From: Desulfatiglandales bacterium
GTDB lineage: Bacteria > Desulfobacterota > DSM-4660 > Desulfatiglandales > HGW-15
DNA length: 64,000 nucleotides
Direction: 5' to 3'
NCBI GenBank assembly: GCA_963667015.2
Contig: CAXXJJ010000001.1
Span: 1,504,001 to 1,568,000, forward strand
In this document: positions 38,852 through 48,668 of the stretch, piece by piece
How positions within the stretch are numbered: the first letter of the stretch is position 1
Layout: every line of letters begins with the position of its first letter
Made by a program: the position numbers and the translations under genes
The notes under the pieces: model-generated
Seen by the model: the letters and a program-made list of their open reading frames with translations, nothing else
Databases searched by the model: none
Told to the model about the DNA's origin: nothing

Positions 38852-39895
38852 ATGTCCTTTGAAAGTGATCCTGGAAATTCGAACGCAGACCTTCCTAATC
38901 TCCCTGAACTTATCAGAAAAGTGGGAGACTCCCTTAACATTGGTAAGGGGAAAAAGCAGGTCTGGCCGCTGATACTTATTATTTTTCTGCTGGTCATTAT
39001 AGGTTACACAGCCTTTTACACCGTTCCACCTGGTAATAAGGGGGTTATTCTGAGGTTTGGCAGGTATTCCGGCATGGTACTGCCGGGGCTTCACTTTAAA
39101 ATCCCATTTGGCATCGATAATGTTTACAAGGTACACACGGAGCAGGTAGACACAGAAAACTTTGGTTTTAAAAGCATCAGCTCGGGAATTCAGAGCAAGT
39201 ATGAAAAGAGCGCTGCAACGGAACGTGAATCTCTCATGCTTACAGGAGACCTGAATGTTATAGATGTTGAGTGGATCATCCAGTTCCGGAGGGAAGACCC
39301 CAGAAAATACCTTTTTAATATACAGGACCCTATTATGACGCTGCGTGATATCAGCGAATCTGTTAACCGGCGTATTGTAGGAAACCGGAGTTTTGACTAT
39401 GTCCTCCAGAACCGTGAAGAGGTAAACAAAATGGCCCGGGAAGAGCTTCAGAAGATTCTCGATGAATATCAAACAGGAATCCAGATTGTCAATGTAAGGC
39501 TCCAGAACGTTGTGCCTCCGGACCCGGTTAAAGGTGCCTTTAACGAGGTAAACGAGTCACAGCAGGAAAAAGAGAAACTAATTAACGAGGCACAGGAAAC
39601 CTATAACAGGCAGATTCCGCAGGCAAGAGGTGAAGCGGAAAGGGCCATAAACGGGGCACGGGGTTACGCGCTCGAACGAGTCAACCATGCCAAGGGTGAT
39701 GTAGCCAGGTTCTCTGCCGTTCTCAAGGAATACCGGACCACTAAGGAAGTCACAAAACAGCGTCTATACCTGGAGGCATACCAGTCGATTCTTCCCAATG
39801 CCAAAGAGATTTACATTATCGACAGTGCACAAAAAGGCCTTCTGCCTCTTCTTCAATTGAATCAGCGGAAGGCTTATGTGGGAGAAATAAAATGA
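38852..39895 (+). CDS. hflK: FtsH modulator HflK
   Basis: SPFH domain, MLTGDLN, PPDPVKGAFNEV, RLYLE. Confidence 0.92.
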   Translation: MSFESDPGNSNADLPNLPELIRKVGDSLNIGKGKKQVWPLILIIFLLVIIGYTAFYTVPPGNKGVILRFGRYSGMVLPGLHFKIPFGIDNVYKVHTEQVDTENFGFKSISSGIQSKYEKSAATERESLMLTGDLNVIDVEWIIQFRREDPRKYLFNIQDPIMTLRDISESVNRRIVGNRSFDYVLQNREEVNKMAREELQKILDEYQTGIQIVNVRLQNVVPPDPVKGAFNEVNESQQEKEKLINEAQETYNRQIPQARGEAERAINGARGYALERVNHAKGDVARFSAVLKEYRTTKEVTKQRLYLEAYQSILPNAKEIYIIDSAQKGLLPLLQLNQRKAYVGEIK

Positions 39896-40848
39896 AACAG
39901 ACAGGAATAGTTTTAAGCATTGCAGTCGTCATAATACTTGGCCTTTTATTTTCAGGTACCTTTTACACTGTCAGCGAATGGGAGCAGGTGGTGATAACGC
40001 AGTTTGGAAGACCGGTCGGAGAACCGAAGACCGAGTCTGGTATCAGATTCAAGATTCCTTTCATCCAGAAGATTCATCGCTATGAGAAGCGGATAATGAG
40101 ATGGGATGGGGACCCCAAAGAAATACCGACACGGGATAAAAGGTTTATATATATGGACACAACCGCCAGGTGGAGAATCGTGGATGCCCAGAAATTTCTT
40201 GAGGTACTGGGCACATATAACCAGGCATACGCAAAGCTGGACGATATAATTGACGCTGTGCTTCGTGACTATGTATCGGCGAATCCGCTTGTTGAACTTG
40301 TCAGGACTACAAACGAGATGCCAAGCGTGGAGGACGTGGAGGGCAAGGTGCTCTCTCCCTTCAAGGATGAAGCAACCACTCCTGAAACCGTTCACCTGGG
40401 CAGAGAGAAAATTACCAGGGCTATCCTGGCAGAGGCGTCAAAGGCCATGTCTGCCTTCGGTATGGAACTGGTCGATGTAAGAATCAAAAGGATCAATTAT
40501 GTCGAGCAGGTCCGAAAAAAGGTTTATGAGCGGATGGTATCGGAGAGAAAGCGAAAGGCTGCACAGTTCAGGTCAGAGGGAGAAGGTAAAAAGGCAGAGA
40601 TTTTGGGTCAGATGGAAAAGGAATTAAAATCCATTATCTCCGGGGCATATAAAACATCTGAAGAGATCCGCGGCGAAGCAGATGCTGAGGCAACTAAAAT
40701 CTACGGAACCGCCTATGGCGAGGACCCGGCCTTCTATGCATTCTTTAAAACACTGGAGACATACAAAGATGCGGCCTATAAGAACGCCTTTGTTATTCTT
40801 GGAACTGACACTGATTTTTACCGTTTTTTAAAAACGATCCCGGACTAA
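39892..40848 (+). CDS. hflC: FtsH modulator HflC
   Basis: VITQFG, VDVRIKRIN, RMVSER...FRSEG. Confidence 0.92.
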   Translation: MKQTGIVLSIAVVIILGLLFSGTFYTVSEWEQVVITQFGRPVGEPKTESGIRFKIPFIQKIHRYEKRIMRWDGDPKEIPTRDKRFIYMDTTARWRIVDAQKFLEVLGTYNQAYAKLDDIIDAVLRDYVSANPLVELVRTTNEMPSVEDVEGKVLSPFKDEATTPETVHLGREKITRAILAEASKAMSAFGMELVDVRIKRINYVEQVRKKVYERMVSERKRKAAQFRSEGEGKKAEILGQMEKELKSIISGAYKTSEEIRGEADAEATKIYGTAYGEDPAFYAFFKTLETYKDAAYKNAFVILGTDTDFYRFLKTIPD

Positions 40849-40876
40849 ACATAATTAATACAGGACAGGATACAAG

Positions 40877-42355
40877 ATGAAAACATTACTTATTTATCCG
40901 AAATTCCCGGACACATTCTGGTCTTTCAAATATGCCCTGAGCTTTATACATAAAAAGGCCGCCTTTCCACCGCTTGGGCTGCTGACAGTTGCGTCACTTC
41001 TGCCCGATGATTTTGAAAAGCGTCTTGTGGATACCAATGTAAACAGTCTCACGGATGATGATCTGTCCTGGGCGGAGCTGGTCTTCATCGGCGGAATGGC
41101 AGTCCAGAGGGAATCCGCAAAAAAGATAATAGCCCGATGCAAATCAATGGATTTAAAGGTTATTGCTGGCGGACCTCTTTTCACTGCCGAACCCGAGGCG
41201 TTCAGTGATGTTGATCATCTTGTTCTTGACGAGGCGGAAGTTACACTGCCGCTTTTTCTTGAAGATTTAAAAACCGGGAATCTAAAAAAGATCTACAGGA
41301 CTTCGGGGTATTGTGATCTTCATCATACACCAATCCCTTCATGGGATCTGATAGATATTAAAAAATACGCTTCCATGAGCGTTCAGTTTTCCCGAGGGTG
41401 CCCCTTTAACTGTGAGTTCTGCAATGTAACAGTACTGTTTGGTCACAGGTCACGAATAAAAACACCGGAACAGATAATCGAAGAACTGGATAACATATAT
41501 GACGCAGGCTGGCGCGGACCAATATTCTTTGTTGATGACAATTTTATTGGCAATAAAAAATTTCTAAAAGCAAAATTGCTGCCGGCCCTGATTGATTGGC
41601 GAAAAGGAAAAAAGGGGTGCGCCTTTTTTACCGAGGCATCCATCGATCTGGCCGATGACCCTGAGCTTCTGGATATGATTGCCAGAGCAGGATTTGATTC
41701 GGTCTTTATTGGCATAGAGTCCCCTGATGATGCATGTCTTACTGAATGCCATAAAAACCAGAACCGAAACAGAGACCTTCTTCAAAGCGTTAAAACAATT
41801 CAACGCGCAGGGCTTCAGGTTATGGGCGGCTTTATTGTAGGCTTTGACAGTGATACACCTTCTATCTTTCAGCGGCAGATAGATTTTATTCAGAAAAGCG
41901 GAATTGTGGCGGCAATGGTCGGCCTGCTCCAGGCCCCTCCCGGCACAAAGCTGTTTGAGCGCCTGAAGAAAGAAAAACGTGTAGCAAGGGAGTTTTCAGG
42001 CGACAATGTAGATGGAACCACCAATATACTGCCCCGGATGGGTTATAAAAGTTTACTGGAGGGGTATCGCCTGATTATGAAACAGATATATTCCCCCAAT
42101 AATTTCTACAAACGGGTCAGAAATTTTCTGAATGAAGTCAAACCGGGTAATTTTTCATTGTCCATAGACAGACAGAAAGTACTTGCACTGTTCCATTCCA
42201 GCCTTCGCCTCGGCATCCTTGGAAAAGAGCGTTTCCAGTACTGGCGTCTTTTTTTCTGGACACTGCTTCGCAGACCAAGACTCTTATCTCTTGCAGTAAC
42301 CCTTGCGATATACGGTCATCATTACCGGAAGATTTGCGAGATGTATATTATTTAA
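40877..42355 (+). CDS. B12-binding radical SAM protein (DUF4070-type)
   Basis: SRGCPFNCEFC; PPLGLLTVA N-domain. Confidence 0.92.
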   Translation: MKTLLIYPKFPDTFWSFKYALSFIHKKAAFPPLGLLTVASLLPDDFEKRLVDTNVNSLTDDDLSWAELVFIGGMAVQRESAKKIIARCKSMDLKVIAGGPLFTAEPEAFSDVDHLVLDEAEVTLPLFLEDLKTGNLKKIYRTSGYCDLHHTPIPSWDLIDIKKYASMSVQFSRGCPFNCEFCNVTVLFGHRSRIKTPEQIIEELDNIYDAGWRGPIFFVDDNFIGNKKFLKAKLLPALIDWRKGKKGCAFFTEASIDLADDPELLDMIARAGFDSVFIGIESPDDACLTECHKNQNRNRDLLQSVKTIQRAGLQVMGGFIVGFDSDTPSIFQRQIDFIQKSGIVAAMVGLLQAPPGTKLFERLKKEKRVAREFSGDNVDGTTNILPRMGYKSLLEGYRLIMKQIYSPNNFYKRVRNFLNEVKPGNFSLSIDRQKVLALFHSSLRLGILGKERFQYWRLFFWTLLRRPRLLSLAVTLAIYGHHYRKICEMYII

Positions 42356-42410
42356 AGCCGGAAAAGAACTTTAAATATCGGCCAAAGCCAGAATCTGAGG
42401 AGGGCGAATT

Positions 42411-42692
42411 ATGTATTTTTCATTAATCATTACATTTTTACTCTTCCTGGTAATTATCATTGCCGGGATACAGAACAGCATGCCTCTGGATCTGAAGTTT
42501 TTCATCTGGGATCTTAAGATGTCCATTACCGCATTGATCTTTTATTCCTCAGTGATTGGCTGTGCAATTATCGCGATTCTGACCCTGCCCAAACTGGTGA
42601 AAAAATCTCTTCATGTGAGAAGTTTGAACAGGGAGATCCATAAGCTGAAAGAGAGTAGGATAGATACAGAGATGGAGGAGGGGCAATCTTGA
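42411..42692 (+). CDS. LapA-like membrane protein
   Basis: TM-QN...F-TM-coiled coil layout. Confidence 0.7.
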   Translation: MYFSLIITFLLFLVIIIAGIQNSMPLDLKFFIWDLKMSITALIFYSSVIGCAIIAILTLPKLVKKSLHVRSLNREIHKLKESRIDTEMEEGQS

Positions 42693-42715
42693 AAAAACGT
42701 ATAAAGGAGAATAAT

Positions 42716-43081
42716 ATGAAATTATGGGACAGGATAAAAAGCGGAATGGATTCAGGTTTTGATGCCGCCTTGTCAGCGGTTCATTCGGTTACTGAAAAAG
42801 CAGGTGAAGGCATAGAGCTTACCCGGCTGAGAAGGGAAAAGGTAAGACTGGAAACAAGGGTTACCCGGCTCCTGGCGCAACTGGGAAATGATGTTTATGA
42901 AAAAATATCCGCACAGAGACTTGATGATATATCTGAAAAACTAAAGATAAAAGATATTTTGCTGGAAGTTGCGAGAGATGATGCACGAATGGCAGAGATT
43001 GATCGTCAGCTTGATATCGAGTTAGAAAACAAAGAAGAAATAGTTGTTAATAACGATAACATAGAGGAATCAAAGGCCTAG
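42716..43081 (+). CDS. Coiled-coil hypothetical protein
   Basis: AAGGAG RBS; helical. Confidence 0.65.
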   Translation: MKLWDRIKSGMDSGFDAALSAVHSVTEKAGEGIELTRLRREKVRLETRVTRLLAQLGNDVYEKISAQRLDDISEKLKIKDILLEVARDDARMAEIDRQLDIELENKEEIVVNNDNIEESKA

Positions 43082-43376
43082 ACCTATACAGCTTTCGATT
43101 GTGGAGGTCTGTAAATATTTTAGTCGGTGTGGTTGTGTCTGTCTCCTTACAGCATCATAAAAACCGCGCTGTTCGGTTATAAGGTTGACAGTTTTAAACC
43201 TAATAACCTACAGCGTTATACCCCCATTTATTCTGAAAAACATCTGTGTTATCTCCTGTGTGCTGGTACGAATATGTCCCATGTTAAGGGTAGACCCCGT
43301 TCCCTATAGCTTTTTAATTAAATGGACAAGAGTCAAAGGCAGATACCTTTTTGACCCCTTTCTGGCTATTAAGTGA

Positions 43377-43413
43377 AAAGCCGGAGTTTTAACAGGTAGT
43401 TTACTCCGGCTTT
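43377..43413. terminator. Probable bidirectional terminator
   Basis: AAAGCCGGAGT...ACTCCGGCTTT between convergent genes. Confidence 0.65.
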
Positions 43414-43448
43414 CTGTGGTTGATAAAGCTGTAACCTGCTGTCAACTT

Positions 43449-46415
43449 TTAATTATCCAATTTATTCATCATATTCTTTAAACGCTTGTACTGATTATCT
43501 ACTTTTTTATCATCCTTTATTTTATCTCTGGCAATAGAAGAATATTCAAATGCTTTCTTTAATTCATCGACTTTCGTATTATTTTCCCGATAAAGCCCTT
43601 CATAACTCCTTGCCAGATTATAATAGATCATCGGATCTTCATCACTTATTGCCAGGGCTCTTTCAAAAGATTGTATTGAAAGTTCATATTTATTCATCTC
43701 TCCCAGCACCGAACCAAGAGATTTGTGCCCGAGATAATAGGAGATATCCATCTCAACAGCTTTCTGAAAACATTCTTCGGCATTTTTCCAGTCTTTTTGT
43801 CTGAAATAAGCTAATCCCATGTCATGCCAGTAACGTTTATCTTCATACAACTTTATTGCCTGTTTATATAGCGAGACACTTTCATCGTAATTACCCTGTT
43901 TAAGCTTCTCATAAGCCTGTTTTGCCAGATCAATGGATCGTGCCCTGCCGTCAGGATCCTGGACCGGTGCCTCAGCCTTATCTTCTGCATTATCCTCTTC
44001 ATCTGTCAGAGGCACTTCAGCCTCCGGATACTGATACGCAATAGACATGATCATCGGATCATCTGAATAATTATGAGTATGGTCATTATAGACATAAAGA
44101 TAAATGGGATCTTCACCATTTACCGGTATAGTACAGGTCTTGTCTCTTGGTTTACAATACTCTGCATCTTCAAGGCCTTCTCTGTTTTTCGACCAGTGTA
44201 CCCGTGGTCTGATCATATAATCATTATGCTCTATGTCTATTGTAAGGCTATTGGCACCTTTTTCCGGAAGAAGCTTGAAATAGTCATGCTCCGCCTTACC
44301 CATGATAAAAACATCTCCCATGAAGGAGCCTTCAATCACATAGGCATCGTCTATTGTATCATTGGGTTCGGTCTCGTCTTTTTCAGGGATAAGATTGAAG
44401 GTAACTGAAAAGGTTTCTGTTGAGCAATCAACACCAAGAACCGAGATTTTCACAAGATATTTTTTTCCGGCAAAGACTTTAACTGAAGTGGGTAAATATT
44501 CGCCGGCATGAAGATCTTTATCTGTCCCCTGTTCATAGACCCTGAACATAAAATTATGATCTATGGCATCCGGAACATTGTCCAGGACAATCCGTAAATA
44601 ACCATCCACCTCCGGCTCATACAAAAACCAGTCAGTGTCATTTTCCGGATATATGGCTATTTTTGCTGCCCGTCCTGTTTCGATCAGAGTAGCGGATTCT
44701 TTTTCGTCGTTAATTTCACCCGGATCCATCTCAGGTACAAACTCATAGGCAAATTCAACTACTGACTCCTCTTTTGATATACTGTACTTATTTGTTAAAC
44801 CAAATTTTATAAAGTATTCCTGCGGACTCACTCTAAAATTATAGGTATAATCCCAACATGAATAAGAAGCTATATCGCTTTCATCCAATGTAAACAGTTC
44901 ACCGCCTAATGGCAGGTTATCCGAGCCATCTGCAGGAATAAACCTCAAATACCCCTGTTCTTTGACATTTATCTTTAGAAAATATTCTTCATTTTTATTG
45001 AAATCGAGTTTTATATTTTGTCCCGGGGCTTTTTCTATGGGAAAAGCCATTGTCACACCAAGCTGATCCGGTGCCGCGATGACCAGACCTACCCTGGAGC
45101 CAGGCATCAATTGAGGCTGAGCCTCTCTATCCGGCATTGTCTCGATCACCGTACCCGCTTCTGCATCAAAGGGCTTCTGCCTTGCTCCGGCAGGAAACAG
45201 GCCTGCATCACGAAGCGCCCCAATGGCATCACGGTAATTCATCCCAATGATATCCGGGAAATCAACCGGATCAGGCTGTACATATTTTGCCAATTCCAGA
45301 TCGACTGTCGTCGGGACAATGACGGTTGTACCCGGTTTTATACTTTGTGCAACCACCTTACCATGTGAGCGGGGATTAGATGTTTCCTGTTCTTTTGTTT
45401 CCCCGATTTTAAGCCCAGCCCTTTTTAGAGAAAACACTGCAACGGGGATTCTCATATTTCGTACATCTGGTACAGCCGTCTTTTTTAATGTTCCCTTATA
45501 CAGAACAATATTACTTCCGTAAATGGTTTTGGTACCTGCCGATGGCTCTGTCGACAGGATTTTACCAGCTTTCTCAGGATTCATGGTTTCAGCAGTCTTT
45601 ATCGTATAATTAAAGGCTTTTGTCCTTTTGATATAATCAACTACGCCTTTCAAACCGTGTCCTGTAAAATCAGGTACTGTAATTTGCGGCAGATTTCTTT
45701 TTATGGAAATATATACTGCTCCCTGTATATCAAGGGAATGCATCTGACGAAAGTCGTCTTTAACGTTTACTATGTGCCTGTAGTTTCTTAAGGCTGAATA
45801 ATATAGAGGCACTCTCAGGGAGTCATTGTCAGCTGTATAACGGAATTCGGCATTCCCTATAGCTATATCTCTGGGCATCCTGGGATCTCTATCTATGACT
45901 TTTAGAAAGAACCTGTTTGTCATCTGATCAGGGTGTCTCGGCTCAAAGCTTACTTTATAATTCCATTTGGGGTAGGTAGTGTTTTCTATCTTTGGAGTCT
46001 GGCCGATCTTAAAAAGAGAATATTTCCCGTCAGGCATTTTTTGAAGACCATATAAGACAATATAGGGATCTGTTAAATCGACTCTTCCCGGATCAGTATC
46101 CCTTAATTTATCAGCTGATTTGATTATAATATCATAGGTAGCAAATTTGTCCTGCTGAAGATCAAAGTTTAGCGGATTTGTACCTGTTCCGCTAGATCCA
46201 GGCAGACAGTGACTGCAGGGATTATAACCCTGCTGTTTTGCTTCTTCCAGAGTTGAGAAGTAAACCTTTTGATCCTCGCCGGATGCCCTGTGCCAGGGAC
46301 ACTCGCGGGTATGTACCTCCCTGCTCTTTTTTACGCCTACAAAATTACCGTCAGCCCAGGCTGCAGTTAAACATAATAATGTACACAAAACGTAAGCTGT
46401 AAACTTTTTTTTCAT
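43449..46415 (-). CDS. Secreted multidomain protein: Ada-like Zn site, C2-like, 3x PASTA, PPC-like repeats, TPR
   Basis: Signal peptide; HTRECP...GYNPCSHC; DPY...W; VPDFTG/VPDVRN/FPDIIG; EINDE/EPNDT...DWF/DYF; C-terminal TPRs. Confidence 0.7.
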   Translation of the reverse strand: MKKKFTAYVLCTLLCLTAAWADGNFVGVKKSREVHTRECPWHRASGEDQKVYFSTLEEAKQQGYNPCSHCLPGSSGTGTNPLNFDLQQDKFATYDIIIKSADKLRDTDPGRVDLTDPYIVLYGLQKMPDGKYSLFKIGQTPKIENTTYPKWNYKVSFEPRHPDQMTNRFFLKVIDRDPRMPRDIAIGNAEFRYTADNDSLRVPLYYSALRNYRHIVNVKDDFRQMHSLDIQGAVYISIKRNLPQITVPDFTGHGLKGVVDYIKRTKAFNYTIKTAETMNPEKAGKILSTEPSAGTKTIYGSNIVLYKGTLKKTAVPDVRNMRIPVAVFSLKRAGLKIGETKEQETSNPRSHGKVVAQSIKPGTTVIVPTTVDLELAKYVQPDPVDFPDIIGMNYRDAIGALRDAGLFPAGARQKPFDAEAGTVIETMPDREAQPQLMPGSRVGLVIAAPDQLGVTMAFPIEKAPGQNIKLDFNKNEEYFLKINVKEQGYLRFIPADGSDNLPLGGELFTLDESDIASYSCWDYTYNFRVSPQEYFIKFGLTNKYSISKEESVVEFAYEFVPEMDPGEINDEKESATLIETGRAAKIAIYPENDTDWFLYEPEVDGYLRIVLDNVPDAIDHNFMFRVYEQGTDKDLHAGEYLPTSVKVFAGKKYLVKISVLGVDCSTETFSVTFNLIPEKDETEPNDTIDDAYVIEGSFMGDVFIMGKAEHDYFKLLPEKGANSLTIDIEHNDYMIRPRVHWSKNREGLEDAEYCKPRDKTCTIPVNGEDPIYLYVYNDHTHNYSDDPMIMSIAYQYPEAEVPLTDEEDNAEDKAEAPVQDPDGRARSIDLAKQAYEKLKQGNYDESVSLYKQAIKLYEDKRYWHDMGLAYFRQKDWKNAEECFQKAVEMDISYYLGHKSLGSVLGEMNKYELSIQSFERALAISDEDPMIYYNLARSYEGLYRENNTKVDELKKAFEYSSIARDKIKDDKKVDNQYKRLKNMMNKLDN

Positions 46416-46484
46416 GACAACACCTTTTTAAAATAGGCAGAAAACTTTAAAATTATTATGGCAGAGATTCCTCTCTCTTTTTAA

Positions 46485-47022
46485 TTACCTGATCTCATAC
46501 TTCGGATGAATACTTATGGATGAACCTGCATCATTAAAAGTTATTCTCATGTCAAGCGTACAGTTTTCACTCTCTTTTACTAAAATGGATTGATCATAGG
46601 TGCCGCCACCCATTATTTCCTTATCTTTTTCATAACTCTTTTCAATCCAGCCATTATCCTTTAAAATCTGTCTCTGATCATTAAACCATTTTAACAGTTC
46701 ATCCTTTTTTTGACTGGTCCTGATATTTAACATCAAAATAAACAAGATATGTATCTTTCTCTTCAAAATTTTTATCCAGATATTTTTGTTTATCAACAGA
46801 TCTGAAAATCAAATCTTCCGGAACAGTAATTTTATACTCCCTAAGCTTTGCCATCATGGCATCTCTGTTATCAAGAACAGTTTTCTGAACTTTCGTGGTT
46901 TCAGCTGCTGTTTCAGATGTAGTTACTGTTTTTGATTCAGTTTTCTCACCGGAAGAATCATTGCTGCATCCCAGGGCAAAGAAAGTAAAGATAATTAATC
47001 CAGTTATAATCAGTTTACGCAT
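46485..47022 (-). pseudogene. Lipoprotein split by a frameshift in an A7 run
   Basis: Lipobox ALGC; removing one A at ~46705-46711 joins YQDQSKK to DELLKWF. Confidence 0.65.
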
Positions 47023-47235
47023 AATCAAACCTCCTTTAAATAGCTTAAGATAAAAAAAACGAAAATAACCCAATAAGTTGCTGCCAGGAAATTAAAGTTT
47101 TTGATATATACACCGATTAAAAACACATAATTTGAATATTAAAATAAAACATCGATCAATAAATTCTTTTAATTAATAATTTTTAAAAAAAATTCCGTGC
47201 GAATTAAAAAAAACTACAATTTTAAAGGAAAAAAC

Positions 47236-48486
47236 ATGCAGTTAAAAAATAAAAAAACTATGTGTCTGCTCATCCTTTTACTTACCTTATTTTCAGCATC
47301 ATGCTACTCAGATTATACCCACTTTAATTATGAGACCCATTATGGAGCAGTGCAGAGCACTCAAAACAGCAGGGAAATTGCATTTATTGCTTCCACTTCT
47401 GCTTATCGGCCGGCCACCGGCATCTCCCGTTTTCCTGACGGCGGCACACCAGAATATCTGTTTGAAAAAGTTTTTTTATATATTCTTAATGCTGAGAATC
47501 ATAAACTAACAAAAATATTGGACCTGAATGATCTTGCGGACTTGATAGGTACATCAGCAGGCAGCTGGAAGAGCAGATTAATTTATAAAGCTCCCTTTAT
47601 CTATTACCATATTTCACCTGTAACAGACTGGTCTCTATATAGAAAATGGAAGAAAAACTCTTTCTCACCGGAAAAACTCAAGGAAATACAAAACAAATAT
47701 GAGAAGTACTATAAAATAAATATCCGGACCCGGGAGATAACAGAAATTGATCCTTCAGCATTTCAAAAAATATTCGACAGCCTTTATAAAGAAACAAAGG
47801 TATCTCTGACAACACTTAATAAAGAACTTAAAAAGACCAGGCTTTCTGAATTTGGTCTCCTACTGAAAGATATCGATAAGAGAGATGATGACAGGTACAT
47901 AGAAGAAACCATGTACCTTAAAAATGATTCCAAAATAACCCGCAGGGCTGTGGTTGAACAGATCATTGCAAATAAAAGCAAAGATGAAATACTGGCCCTG
48001 CTGGATAAAATGGATCAATATAAAAACAGCCTCACTGGATCGAAAAAAACCGAATATGAGATTTTTTCGGAAGAAACATATTCTGCTATCCGTTCATTAA
48101 TAGAAGATAACTGCAAAACCATTGCTGAAAAAGCGTTTAAACTCTGGAAAGCCGAAAATTACATTGAATCCGATGAACTCTACAGGCAGGCAATCGATTG
48201 TGATCCGAAAGCCCCTCAGGTATGGAACGACTTCGGTGAAATGAGCTATGAAGCCGGTAGCATTGATGCCGCAGACAGTGCCTTTACTGAAGCCCTCAGG
48301 CTTGATCCCTCTTTTGCGCCTGCATGGAAAAATTTTGGAATTATGGCTATTGATAATGAGGATTTTACCCGTGCACTGGAATGCCTTGAAAAAGCACACA
48401 AACTCGATCCGGAAGATGCATCAGTCTCCACCCTGCTTGATAAATTAAAGAATGAGCTCGGGGTTGTCACAGAGCTGGACCCTTAA
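47236..48486 (+). CDS. Lipoprotein with C-terminal TPR repeats
   Basis: FSASC lipobox; WNDFG/WKNFG TPRs. Confidence 0.75.
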   Translation: MQLKNKKTMCLLILLLTLFSASCYSDYTHFNYETHYGAVQSTQNSREIAFIASTSAYRPATGISRFPDGGTPEYLFEKVFLYILNAENHKLTKILDLNDLADLIGTSAGSWKSRLIYKAPFIYYHISPVTDWSLYRKWKKNSFSPEKLKEIQNKYEKYYKINIRTREITEIDPSAFQKIFDSLYKETKVSLTTLNKELKKTRLSEFGLLLKDIDKRDDDRYIEETMYLKNDSKITRRAVVEQIIANKSKDEILALLDKMDQYKNSLTGSKKTEYEIFSEETYSAIRSLIEDNCKTIAEKAFKLWKAENYIESDELYRQAIDCDPKAPQVWNDFGEMSYEAGSIDAADSAFTEALRLDPSFAPAWKNFGIMAIDNEDFTRALECLEKAHKLDPEDASVSTLLDKLKNELGVVTELDP

Positions 48487-48668
48487 AAATGATTTTAAGT
48501 AAGGGAGTGAAATAATTGCAGTATCACACCCGGCTTCTCTTCAAAGATACGATCTTCTTTTCAGCAGCTATGGTTGCCGCTATCCCTCCGGCGCTGCCGG
48601 ACAGTTCAGGGATGCACCGGTGAAAAATGTAACCTGTAAAAATACCGGCAGATACGGAATCTATTTCA

